Source of the DNA: Candidatus Ratteibacteria bacterium
Lineage (GTDB): Bacteria > Ratteibacteria > UBA8468 > B48-G9 > DTJG01
Length of the DNA stretch: 16,424 nucleotides
Direction: 5' to 3'
Assembly (NCBI GenBank): GCA_049971295.1
Contig: JBMFLH010000040.1
Span: forward strand, 1 to 16,424
The stretch's first letter is position 1. Every line of letters begins with the position of its first letter. Of this stretch, positions 5,849 to 14,811 are shown piece by piece. The notes beneath the pieces were generated by a model. The model did not search any database, was not told the origin of the DNA, and worked only from the letters and a program-made list of their open reading frames with translations. Both the position numbers and the translations under genes were made by a program.

Positions 5849-8133
5849 TGCGGATTTTCCTTGTATTTTTTATAAATTTCAAACGCAAGCTGTTTATTTT
5901 TCACAAATGCTTCAACAATTTGTGGGTCAAAATCCTTCCCTGCAAGTTCACTGATTTTCTGAATAGATAATTCAAATGAAGATGCCTCTTTGTATATCCT
6001 TTTCGAACTGATAGCATCAAAAACGTCTGCCAGGGAGGCAATGCGACCATAAAGAGGAATTGCTGTACCCTTTAATCCATATGGATAACCAGTACCATCA
6101 AATTTTTCGTGATGGTATAGTGCAATGAGATATGCTGCCTGGAGAATAAAAGAATCAGAACCTTCAAGCATTTTTGCGCCTATGATGGTATGACTTTTAA
6201 TGATTTCTTTTTCTTCCTCTGTTAATGCCGATGGCTTCAATAGCACACTATCAGGTATCGCAATTTTGCCCAGGTCATGAAGCGGTACAGCGGACCTGAT
6301 TAATTCAACCTCAATTTTTGGAAGATTCATTTCAGTGGCTATCAACGCACAGTACTCGCTCACCCGTGAAATATGCATACCTGTTTCACGGTCTCTGTAT
6401 TCTATGGCAGTTGCCAATCTCAGAATTGTTTCAAGCTGAGATTTTTTGAGAGCGTCGTTCAGTTGTGTATTGAATAATGCAACCACAATCTGCAAACAGA
6501 ACGATGCAATCCATTGATAATCATTTTTTGTAAAAGCTTTCACTGAGGATACGGGTCCTGCTTTTTTATTTACAAAAATACCATATATGTTCATCATGGG
6601 TTCTTCAAGAATCTGCAAAACCAGTATATTTGAAAGGCCAAATGCTTTTAAATCTTCTGGAAGGTGCTTGTTGAATATTTTGACCCTGTCATTTTGAATC
6701 ATTTTCAATGCAGCATAAATCATGTCTTTGTTAATCCTGGTTTGTTCTGTGCCCACGAGAATGTTGATACTGGCTGTGCTTCTGTCCTGGCTGAATACGA
6801 CTCCATCAGAAATCCCGAGCAGAGAATTGATGGTTTTCAATGTAATGACGGGCGTCCTGTAAAAAAAAGTATCGTGTATCGTGGGTAAATAGACCCGTTT
6901 TTGCATCCCTGGCATTTCCTGAGGTTTAACAAGTGCTGCAATTTCCCTCTGAGTTGTTTCAAGAACAGTAAGAAGTTGGTGCCCTTTTGAAAGTTCCTTT
7001 TTTGCTTCAAAAAAATTCACTACAACGAAGGTGACATATGCAAATGTTGACGATACCAGACCTAAAACAGGGTCAAAAAAGACATTATTTTTAAAAAGAA
7101 TAAACGTTCCATATAACAATGCGAAAATACAAAGAATAAAAAACCTGGTGCCATTCCAGAAATAAGATGAAAAGGCAAACATCAAAACAAGCATAATGAG
7201 GAATGTAAATAGAATAACAATTTTCTGGTCTATAAACCAGATGTAATTTTCATTGAAAACAGTGTATAGTGCCTGCATTTGAACAAGAGCACCAAACTGG
7301 ACTCCAAATGGCGTTGGAATCAAATCAGCATTTTTTGAACCCATAATGGTATGACCGATAATTATGATTCTGTCTTTGAATGTTTCTGGAGAAAATCTGC
7401 CTTTCAGGACATCTTCCATTGTGTAGATTGAGCTAACAAGATTTGCAGGAGGAACATATCTGATTGCAAAACAACCTTCTCTATCAACAGGTATTGTGTC
7501 CTGTAATTTCCTGAAACCAGAAAATTTCGACACCTTAATGTGAGAGTTTTTATCTTGGATGCTCAATGCTTTTATGGCAACATGTGGATAAAGATGGCCT
7601 TTATAAAAAATAAACGCAGGACACTTCCGCACAATTGTATCAGAATCTGGAAAAACATTGATGTGGCCAATATGTTTTACTGCGGACTGAAAGTAAGGAT
7701 GATTTTCATTTAATGCGCTAACTGTATATCCTGTGTCAAATGCCTTGTTCTTATCAAGTTTATAAGGAGTAAAAACAGGAAGAACAATTTTGTCAGAATA
7801 GGCAGCGAAGGCATCTCTGAGTTGTTTATCCATTGTTTCTGATTGCACAGATGGAAAGAAAATGTCAGATACCACAAGCTTTGATTCACCAAGCAGGCGA
7901 ATTACATTTGCGTAATCAGCCCTATTGGGTTCATGTCCTATTTCAGAAACAAATTTTTCAGTGGCAGTAACAAGAACAATATCTGCATTCTTCGACGGTT
8001 CAGGAAAAACTCTTCTGATTAATAAATCATAGGCGAGATGTGTAAAACGATTGAAAACATTGATTGAGTATAGAAAACTCAAAATGCTGAAAATTATAAC
8101 TATTACAGCAGCAATCCGTTTTTTTGACATCAT
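5845..8133 (-). CDS. CHASE2 sensor / GAF-like / HD-GYP cyclic di-nucleotide phosphodiesterase
   Basis: N-terminal TM; CHASE2 hallmarks (DIVLV, DIFF, GHINVFPDSDTIVRK, FKDRIIIIG, DLIPTPFG...GALVQ) followed by three TMs. C-terminal RDRETGMHISRV, HDLGK, HHEKFDGTGYP and ADVFDA. Confidence 0.9.
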   Translation of the reverse strand: MMSKKRIAAVIVIIFSILSFLYSINVFNRFTHLAYDLLIRRVFPEPSKNADIVLVTATEKFVSEIGHEPNRADYANVIRLLGESKLVVSDIFFPSVQSETMDKQLRDAFAAYSDKIVLPVFTPYKLDKNKAFDTGYTVSALNENHPYFQSAVKHIGHINVFPDSDTIVRKCPAFIFYKGHLYPHVAIKALSIQDKNSHIKVSKFSGFRKLQDTIPVDREGCFAIRYVPPANLVSSIYTMEDVLKGRFSPETFKDRIIIIGHTIMGSKNADLIPTPFGVQFGALVQMQALYTVFNENYIWFIDQKIVILFTFLIMLVLMFAFSSYFWNGTRFFILCIFALLYGTFILFKNNVFFDPVLGLVSSTFAYVTFVVVNFFEAKKELSKGHQLLTVLETTQREIAALVKPQEMPGMQKRVYLPTIHDTFFYRTPVITLKTINSLLGISDGVVFSQDRSTASINILVGTEQTRINKDMIYAALKMIQNDRVKIFNKHLPEDLKAFGLSNILVLQILEEPMMNIYGIFVNKKAGPVSSVKAFTKNDYQWIASFCLQIVVALFNTQLNDALKKSQLETILRLATAIEYRDRETGMHISRVSEYCALIATEMNLPKIEVELIRSAVPLHDLGKIAIPDSVLLKPSALTEEEKEIIKSHTIIGAKMLEGSDSFILQAAYLIALYHHEKFDGTGYPYGLKGTAIPLYGRIASLADVFDAISSKRIYKEASSFELSIQKISELAGKDFDPQIVEAFVKNKQLAFEIYKKYKENPQ

Positions 8134-8141
8134 TCAGCCAC

Positions 8142-9065
8142 TCAGAATTTCACAATCTTTATTTTTTTGAGTGGCCTGACAGGCACGCTCCTGGTTTTTT
8201 CAGAAGTACTGTCTGGTTTCTGGCAGACAACTGTGATAGAAATCGTTTTGCCGGGTTTGATGATATCTTTCGTACCATCTGTTCTGTCTTCGCTTTGCAC
8301 ATTGCCTTCAGAAACTGAAACAGTCGTTATCGCCTGATTCGTGGTATTGTCATAGATATTATTCACAGTGAATTTTGTTCCGCTGACACCCGCGATAAGC
8401 CCGGGTGTAACAACTTCAAACCTTGAATCGCCCTGATGGTCAACAGTTAATGAACCACTTGCACCTTCAGGCACAAAAATGATGCTGTAGTGCTTATCAT
8501 CAGGACTGACAAAAGATCCACAGAGACCTACATTCAATGATGGGTCTACTGTGACTATTGTACCATCCACAAATTTATAAGTACCGCCCTGCTTGATTTG
8601 TCCTGGCAACATCCTTTCACCATTCCATGTAACTGGATTATTGGTCATAATGTTTGCAGCATACGAAAGAAAAGCACCAACTCCTTTTGTTCCATTGAAA
8701 TGTCGTGGACAGAAAAGATAAAGTTTGCTTGTATCTTCGTCATTAAACGAACGATTCACATAAAAGTTTCCATAACTATTTTTGTTCGGAAGATCTCCAG
8801 AAAGAACTTCTTTATCCTCAGGGCATTTGAAGGAATACTTATCCTTGATATAGTTTGGGAAAAGATTATAAAGCTGGGTGGGACTGTTTTTCCAGTCTGC
8901 CTGATAGTTTTCAATTGCCATAGAAATCTGACGAAGGTTATTAAGACAAACCATAGACCTGGAAAGTGCCCTTGACCTTGAAACAAGCCCTAATACCATG
9001 GCAGCGAGAGACACAATGATGAATGATATAATAATACCTTCAATTAGACTAAATCCTTTTTTCAT
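8142..9065 (-). CDS. type IV pilin-like (prepilin N-methylation, DUF1559-like) protein fused to a C-terminal FecR-like domain
   Basis: Class III signal MKKG|FSLIE plus hydrophobic helix; CLNNLRQI...Y, FKCPED...SY and CPRH motifs. C-terminal half FVDGTIVTV...RFEVVTPGLIAGVSGTKFTV...TTVSVSEGNV...IIKPG resembles FecR. Confidence 0.8.
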   Translation of the reverse strand: MKKGFSLIEGIIISFIIVSLAAMVLGLVSRSRALSRSMVCLNNLRQISMAIENYQADWKNSPTQLYNLFPNYIKDKYSFKCPEDKEVLSGDLPNKNSYGNFYVNRSFNDEDTSKLYLFCPRHFNGTKGVGAFLSYAANIMTNNPVTWNGERMLPGQIKQGGTYKFVDGTIVTVDPSLNVGLCGSFVSPDDKHYSIIFVPEGASGSLTVDHQGDSRFEVVTPGLIAGVSGTKFTVNNIYDNTTNQAITTVSVSEGNVQSEDRTDGTKDIIKPGKTISITVVCQKPDSTSEKTRSVPVRPLKKIKIVKF

Positions 9066-9637
9066 GTTCCCTCCTTGTTTGAATTTTTTTCAACCGGTAT
9101 CTGTTCTTTTTTGATTTTTTCCTGGAAACATTCTTCTAAATCTTTGAGGGCTAGATTTAAACTCATGTCCTGAACCTGAGTTCTATTCCAGATTTCAAGG
9201 ACTCTTTTGCTCGCCTGAACAAGATGCATGTGAGTAAGCCCAAAATTCCTCATTTCATCCATCAGCGTGCTGAGGCTGTCTCCTTTTCTCAGAGTGAATA
9301 CAGGGCTCTTTCCTTCCTGAAGTTCTTTCAAAATCTGCCTGATGCGATATACAGGTCCTGCTATACGGTGAGAAACAAGAAGCATTCCAAGCGTGGCAAG
9401 AATCGCAAGAAATATCGTGAGAAGTGTAATACGAATGGCGAATGTTTTGAATGTGACATCAAAGATATGCGTGAGATTTTTTTCATTGGCGGCAGTGAGA
9501 TAGTTAACAAGCAAAGACCAGACACTATTAAATGTTGCAAGACTGACAAATATACTGGTTAACACCATGAATAATAGAACATACAAGACTGCCCTGAGCT
9601 GAATTTCACGGTCTACCAGTATTCTTCTTCTTCCCAT
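9062..9637 (-). CDS. two-TM membrane protein with a HAMP-like domain and no output domain
   Basis: RRRILVDREIQ N-terminus, two TMs, SHRIAGPVYRI...LRKGDSL HAMP-like signature, short helical tail. RBS GGAG; ATGA overlap with the next gene. Confidence 0.75.
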   Translation of the reverse strand: MGRRRILVDREIQLRAVLYVLLFMVLTSIFVSLATFNSVWSLLVNYLTAANEKNLTHIFDVTFKTFAIRITLLTIFLAILATLGMLLVSHRIAGPVYRIRQILKELQEGKSPVFTLRKGDSLSTLMDEMRNFGLTHMHLVQASKRVLEIWNRTQVQDMSLNLALKDLEECFQEKIKKEQIPVEKNSNKEGT

Positions 9638-9669
9638 ATTTCTCCGGAAGTTTTTATACCTTTAGGGTA

Positions 9670-9698
9670 ATTATACCTGACATACTTTTGGCTGTCAA
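9670..9698 (-). promoter_or_regulatory. consensus sigma70 promoter for the HAMP-pilin/FecR-CHASE2/HD-GYP-MFS operon
   Basis: Minus strand TTGACA (9698-9693), 17 bp, TATAAT (9675-9670). The -35 overlaps the trxA stop codon. Confidence 0.85.
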
Positions 9699-10012
9699 CC
9701 CTCTACATAAGCCCTGATTTTTTCAAGCAATCCTGCCTTTCCGACAGCACCGATAATTTTCTGGTCCGGCTTGCCATTTTTAAAAATTATAAAGGTCGGG
9801 ATTGAAAAAATCTGAAATCGTGCCGCAATGTCAGGATTTTCATCAACATTGAGTTTCGCGACAACAATTTTCCCTTCCATTTCTTTAGCAAGCTCTTCAA
9901 CCACAGGCGCCATCATTCTGCATGGACCACACCAGTCAGCGTAAAAATCGACAAGCACCACAGCATTCTCTTTCAGCACAGCATCAAAATTCTCATCATT
10001 CAATACCTTCAT
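9695..10012 (-). CDS. trxA: thioredoxin
   Basis: [11 protein letters not shown] active site, SIPT cis-Pro motif, 105 aa, GGAGG RBS. Confidence 0.97.
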   Translation of the reverse strand: MKVLNDENFDAVLKENAVVLVDFYADWCGPCRMMAPVVEELAKEMEGKIVVAKLNVDENPDIAARFQIFSIPTFIIFKNGKPDQKIIGAVGKAGLLEKIRAYVEG

Positions 10013-10075
10013 ATGTCCTCCATGTAAATTGTTCTTTTCGTTTAGATGCCATCATTGACAAAAGGGTTCAAGAAT

Positions 10076-11068
10076 TTAAAAAACATAACATAAAGGGTCT
10101 TGAGCAAAATAGTCGTTGTAAATACAATAGGCAAGCGCCCTGCAACCATAACATTGTTTGATTCTGCAAACACCACACATACCCTTCAAATTCTTCCTGC
10201 TGATGGTTCTGAAAGGATTTTTCTTCCAAATTTTTTCAAATGATTCAATTGATGCATTCCCAATATTCAAAACAAACCTTCTACAAGGAAATACATTTCC
10301 ATCGTGCATAATGGCGCAGCCATTTTTACCAACAATGCACGGCGCCCCAAACAATTCCCACCCGGCTTTTTTTCTCAATACCTTGAAGCCTCGATACTCT
10401 ATTACAAGCGCCAAATCATCAGGCATTCCGCACGAAACGAGAAGTTGTTTGACAGTTGATCGCCATGTCTCACCTACAAGAAAAAGATTATTCAGTTGTT
10501 TGCCTGCTCCCATCGGAAAAAATCTTTCTATGACAAATCCATCAAGATTGAAGCGAGAAACAAGATTGAATAGACCCGGGATTTGGTCTGAATTTGTTTC
10601 CAGCAATGTAAACATCAAAAGTTTTTCAAATCTGAATTGTGAAACCAGCTCCAGAATCTTCAAAAATTTTTCATAAGAAAATGGTCTGATGTTTTCAAAA
10701 CTTCGTTTTTCACTTCCTTCACAGGATATTTTTATCACTTTAATTTTTGAAAAACACGCTAATTGATTGAGGATTTTATCTGTTAGAATTGTTCCATTGG
10801 TAATAATACCACATTGAAATACATTGTTACAGTTTTCAAGCATCTCGATGATTTTCCAGAAATCAGGATGAAGGAAGGGTTCACCTCCAGTGATGTCGAC
10901 TGTTAGATAATATTTGTTTTTTTTCAAAAATTCAAGAAGTCCATCCAAAACTCTTTGAATTTGAGAAAATTGCAGATCATCCGACGCATTATATGATTCA
11001 TGATAACAATGCCTGCATCTCAAATTACAGAAATTTGTAATGTGCCATTGAATATGAAATGTTTTCAT
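10076..11068 (-). CDS. radical SAM protein with SPASM domain
   Basis: CNLRCRHC (CX3CX2C), TGGEP and ITNG; C-terminal PC...GNVFPC...CGVC...CYGCRA...DPLC cysteine pattern. Confidence 0.92.
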   Translation of the reverse strand: MKTFHIQWHITNFCNLRCRHCYHESYNASDDLQFSQIQRVLDGLLEFLKKNKYYLTVDITGGEPFLHPDFWKIIEMLENCNNVFQCGIITNGTILTDKILNQLACFSKIKVIKISCEGSEKRSFENIRPFSYEKFLKILELVSQFRFEKLLMFTLLETNSDQIPGLFNLVSRFNLDGFVIERFFPMGAGKQLNNLFLVGETWRSTVKQLLVSCGMPDDLALVIEYRGFKVLRKKAGWELFGAPCIVGKNGCAIMHDGNVFPCRRFVLNIGNASIESFEKIWKKNPFRTISRKNLKGMCGVCRIKQCYGCRALAYCIYNDYFAQDPLCYVF

Positions 11069-11111
11069 TGGTATATTTTACACTAAAATACGAATTTCCC
11101 AATCTCTTGAT

Positions 11112-11157
11112 TTTACTTTTTGAACTTGCTTTGTTAAAATAACAGACAAAAAAGGAG
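11112..11157 (+). promoter_or_regulatory. probable promoter and RBS of the ribulokinase gene
   Basis: TTTACT (11112-11117), 17 bp, TAAAAT (11135-11140) with extended TG at 11132-11133. AAGGAG RBS at 11152-11157. Confidence 0.55.
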
Positions 11158-11162
11158 CAGTT

Positions 11163-12842
11163 ATGAAGCGATACGCACTGGGCCTTGATTATGGAACAAA
11201 TTCTATGAGGGCAGTGATTGTCAATCTTCAGACAGCCAGAGAGATTATTGAACTGGTTGAAAATTACCCATCAGGTAAGGACGGAGTAATTGTTGACCAT
11301 AAAAATGCCCATCTTGCTCGGCAGAATCCCGCTGATTATTTATATTGTCTTGAAAAAATCGGAAGAAAACTTACAAAACTCATGAAGAGAAAGGGTATCA
11401 AGAGTGAAGAAGTGATTGGCATTGGTGTTGATACCACAGGCAGCACTCCCATACCAGTTGACGAAAATCTTGTTCCCCTTGCAATGAAAAAAGAATTCAG
11501 AAACAACAAGAATGCGATGGCGTGGTTGTGGAAAGACCATACTTCTGCGGATGAAGCTGAAGAAATTACAAATCTTGCAAAAAAAGTAAGACCAGAATAC
11601 CTCTCAAAAATTGGTGGCGTGTATTCTTCAGAGTGGTTTTTCTCAAAAATTCTTCATCTTGCAAGAACAGATAGAAAAGTTTTTGAGGCAAGCGCAAGTT
11701 TTGTGGAACTGTGTGATTTTATACCTGCCATACTTACTGGTTGTACCAGTTCTTCTCAAATTTTTAGAAGTATCTGCGCTGCTGGACATAAGGCAATGTA
11801 CAGCCAGCAGTGGGGTGGACTTCCAGACGAAGAATTTCTTGAAATGCTTGATCCTTCATTCAAAAACTTGAGAAGCAAGCTTTATCAGCAAGCATACCCT
11901 GCGGGTGTGAAGGCAGGTGGTCTTTCTAAATATTGGGCAAAAAAACTTGGTCTTTGCGAGGGAACGGCTGTAAGCGTTGGTGCCTTTGATGCTCACATGG
12001 GAGCAGTGGGCGCAGGAATAAGAGAAAATGTGCTTGTTAAAATCATTGGCACATCTACCTGTGACATCATGATTTTTCCAAAGGAGAAGAATCTCCCTGA
12101 TATCCCCGGGCTATGTGGAATTGTACCTGATTCTGTGGTTCCTGGATTCATTGGACTTGAAGCAGGTCAATCTGCTGTTGGAGATATTTTTTACTGGTTT
12201 CTGAAAACATTTCTTCCTGAAAAGAGAAAGAACATTTACGACTATTACAGCCGTCTCGCAAAAAATATTAAACCTGGCAGTTCCGGACTTCTTGCGTTAG
12301 ACTGGCATAATGGAAACAGGACAATTCTTGTTGACCAGAAACTCACAGGTCTTATTGTGGGATTAACTCTCAATACAAAGCCAGAAGAAGTTTACAGATC
12401 TCTTATTGAAGCCACGGGTTTTGGTGCAAGGATTATTATTGATAGACTTGATGAGTATGGGGTAAAGGCAGAATCAATTGTTGCCTGTGGAGGAATTGCT
12501 GAAAAGAATTCACTGTTGATGCAAATATATGCCGACATTACAGGAAAGGAAATCAAAATTGCGGCATCCAAACAAACATGCGCCCTTGGAGCAGCAATGT
12601 TTGGCGCAATTGCTGCAGGAAAGGAAAAATCTGGATTCTCAGACATAAGACAGGCGCAGGAAGCGTTATGCAGGTTCAAACCAATTTCATATATTCCCGG
12701 TGAAAAAAATCACGAAATTTACAATCAGATATACCAGGAATACAAAAAATTGCACGACGCATTTGGCCTTGCGTCATATCAGGGAAATCTTTACAGTGTG
12801 ATGAAAAATTTGCTGAAAATCAAATTCCATACAACAGGTTAA
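11163..12842 (+). CDS. araB: L-ribulokinase (FGGY family)
   Basis: LGLDYGTNS, GIGVDTTGSTP, WKDHT, YSSEWF, GAFDAHMGAVG, GTSTC, EAGQSAVGD and LDWHNGNRT. Confidence 0.93.
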   Translation: MKRYALGLDYGTNSMRAVIVNLQTAREIIELVENYPSGKDGVIVDHKNAHLARQNPADYLYCLEKIGRKLTKLMKRKGIKSEEVIGIGVDTTGSTPIPVDENLVPLAMKKEFRNNKNAMAWLWKDHTSADEAEEITNLAKKVRPEYLSKIGGVYSSEWFFSKILHLARTDRKVFEASASFVELCDFIPAILTGCTSSSQIFRSICAAGHKAMYSQQWGGLPDEEFLEMLDPSFKNLRSKLYQQAYPAGVKAGGLSKYWAKKLGLCEGTAVSVGAFDAHMGAVGAGIRENVLVKIIGTSTCDIMIFPKEKNLPDIPGLCGIVPDSVVPGFIGLEAGQSAVGDIFYWFLKTFLPEKRKNIYDYYSRLAKNIKPGSSGLLALDWHNGNRTILVDQKLTGLIVGLTLNTKPEEVYRSLIEATGFGARIIIDRLDEYGVKAESIVACGGIAEKNSLLMQIYADITGKEIKIAASKQTCALGAAMFGAIAAGKEKSGFSDIRQAQEALCRFKPISYIPGEKNHEIYNQIYQEYKKLHDAFGLASYQGNLYSVMKNLLKIKFHTTG

Positions 12843-12844
12843 CC

Positions 12845-13379
12845 ATGGATTTTATTGATTACCGACATTCTTACGTTCAAACCAGTGGGCCTCAAAATGC
12901 AGTGAGATTTATTATTGAACAACCCACAGAAATAAAAGACACTATTGCAGTTGTTCATTTTTCAGATATCAGACGCCTCACTTGCAAGAATTTTTTATAC
13001 TCGACAAAGGATATAATTGGAATGAATTTTCAATTGTAGTAAGTGATACATTCGGAAACATATTTTTTGAGGAGACAATCCTGTGCATAACAAAAACAGG
13101 AAAATTCTCACTGTAATGAGAGACGATAAAAGTGGGTTTCTCTGGTCAAACTATTTTTTTGATGATGGTAAAACATGGAACATAAAAGGTGAGATTATCT
13201 TATGTTCTGATGGTGCTCACGGAGATATTGGATACCCCGGTTCAATAGAGGTTGAAGACGGATGTATAATGACTGCGTTTTATACTCATACAGGTGCACC
13301 TTCTGACAGGAATAATAGAGATATTTTTACCCATATTTCTGGTACAAAGGTATATTTTTTTGTGAAATATAAAGTATAA
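12845..13379 (+). pseudogene. degraded sialidase/BNR (Asp-box) repeat glycoside hydrolase gene
   Basis: Pieces in three frames: ...FLYS (12845 frame); DKGYNWNEFSIVVSDTFGNIFFEETILCITKTGK (13003-13104); ILTVMR...DDGKTWNIKGEIILCSDGAHGDIGYPGSIEVEDGCIMTAFY (13083 frame). Joined, these give Asp-box and GDxGYP motifs. Confidence 0.75.
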
Positions 13380-13385
13380 AAATAT

Positions 13386-14306
13386 ATGAAAAATCAGGAA
13401 AAAGCGCGCATACGTCTTTATAGACTGTTGGGGAAACTACCGGATAGAAACAGGCAGGTTTCTGGAAGAGTGTTAAACACTCAAAAATGCGAAAACTTCA
13501 TATTGGAACAACTTGTTCTTGACCTTAATGGAATAGAACCAGTGCCCGCATATTTTGTAAAACCGATTTCTCCTGTTAAGAAATTTCCTGTCATTGTTTT
13601 TAATCACGCTCATGGAGGCAGGTACGAAGTTGGTAAGGATGAATTATTATTAAAACAAAATGCGCTTTCAGGGAAATCCTGGGCAGAGATTCTTACTTCA
13701 CAGGGTTTTGCTGTGTTAACGATTGATTGCTGGAATTTTGGAGATAGAAGTGGAAGGGATGAAAGTGCACTATTTAAAGAACTTTTATGGAAAGGAAGGG
13801 TTTTGTGGGGATTGATGGTGTTTGATACCATCAAGGCAATAGATTATCTGTTAACAAGAAACGATATTGACATAAATAAACTGGGCATGATGGGCATTTC
13901 TATGGGAAGTACGATGAGCTGGTGGGTTTCTGCCCTTGATACAAGAGTAAAAGTATGCGTGGACATCTGCTGTCTGACTGATTTTGAGGCATTGATAGAA
14001 ACAGGAAGACTGAATGGACATGGCATTTATTACTATGTTCCATCTTTACTTGAATATTTTGATACTTCTTCCATCAATGCTCTTATTGCTCCAAGACCCC
14101 ATCTTTCTCTGGCTGGAGAGTATGATCCGCTTACACCTGCAAAGGGACTTGATAAAATCGACAGAAATTTAAGAAAAGTTTATGCAGAATGGAATGCGGA
14201 TGAAAACTGGGAATTGAAAAGATATCCAGTGGGACACAGATTAACTGCTGAAATGGTATTTGATACATTAAAATTTTTCAAAAAACACCTTCTTAATCAG
14301 GTATGA
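13386..14306 (+). CDS. alpha/beta hydrolase (dienelactone hydrolase/esterase family, similar to Bacillus YtaP)
   Basis: FNHAHGG, GISMG nucleophile elbow, HGIYYYVPSL, IAPRP, GEYD (Asp) and VGH (His). Confidence 0.88.
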   Translation: MKNQEKARIRLYRLLGKLPDRNRQVSGRVLNTQKCENFILEQLVLDLNGIEPVPAYFVKPISPVKKFPVIVFNHAHGGRYEVGKDELLLKQNALSGKSWAEILTSQGFAVLTIDCWNFGDRSGRDESALFKELLWKGRVLWGLMVFDTIKAIDYLLTRNDIDINKLGMMGISMGSTMSWWVSALDTRVKVCVDICCLTDFEALIETGRLNGHGIYYYVPSLLEYFDTSSINALIAPRPHLSLAGEYDPLTPAKGLDKIDRNLRKVYAEWNADENWELKRYPVGHRLTAEMVFDTLKFFKKHLLNQV

Positions 14307-14481
14307 TGGTAGTTATGAAATTGAGTGCAATTTCCTTGTTCCAATGTATTCCTTCAAGAAAGTCCACTTACTCAATCCTGCTTTTCAATGGGAGAGGGTG
14401 TAGAAATAGTGAGATAAAGGAAAAAATGAACAACCAATTGAGGTTTTTGATATAACAAACCTGATAAAGGGGAGGAAAAAA

Positions 14482-14808
14482 ATGGAGATTATTTCGTTTG
14501 ACGATTTCAAGAAAATTGATATGAGGACAGGCAAAATTATTTCGGTTGACGACCATCCTGCTGCTGACAAACTTTATATTTTGCAGGTGGACCTTGGAGC
14601 AGAAAAAAGACAGATTGTTGCTGGTATTAAGCCCTATTACAGTAAAGAAGAACTTGTCGGTAAAACCATTATTATTGTCGCCAATTTACAGAGTCGCGCA
14701 ATACGCGGTGTTGAGAGTAACGGAATGCTTCTTGCAGGACTTGACGACACAACACTGGCAGTTCTCACTATTGACAGAAATCTGAAACCAGGTACAAAAA
14801 TTACGTGA
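14482..14808 (+). CDS. stand-alone tRNA-binding OB-fold protein (MetRS C-terminal/beta subunit, Trbp111/CsaA family)
   Basis: ISFDDFKKIDMRTGKI, HPAADKL, RQIVAGI, VANL...RGVESNGMLL, PGTKI. Strong GGGGAGG RBS. Confidence 0.92.
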   Translation: MEIISFDDFKKIDMRTGKIISVDDHPAADKLYILQVDLGAEKRQIVAGIKPYYSKEELVGKTIIIVANLQSRAIRGVESNGMLLAGLDDTTLAVLTIDRNLKPGTKIT

Positions 14809-14811
14809 ACA

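Noticed and set aside
10076..11068. Radical SAM gene as the missing NrdG activase
   Set aside because: It has a C-terminal SPASM domain and lacks the glycyl-radical activase signature (GCxxxCxxCxN); it is also in a different transcription unit.
14307..14481. T-box or SAM riboswitch upstream of the MetRS-like tRNA-binding gene
   Set aside because: No T-box (TGGNACC) or S-box consensus; only a short TTGAGT/ACTCAA inverted repeat with weak intervening pairing.
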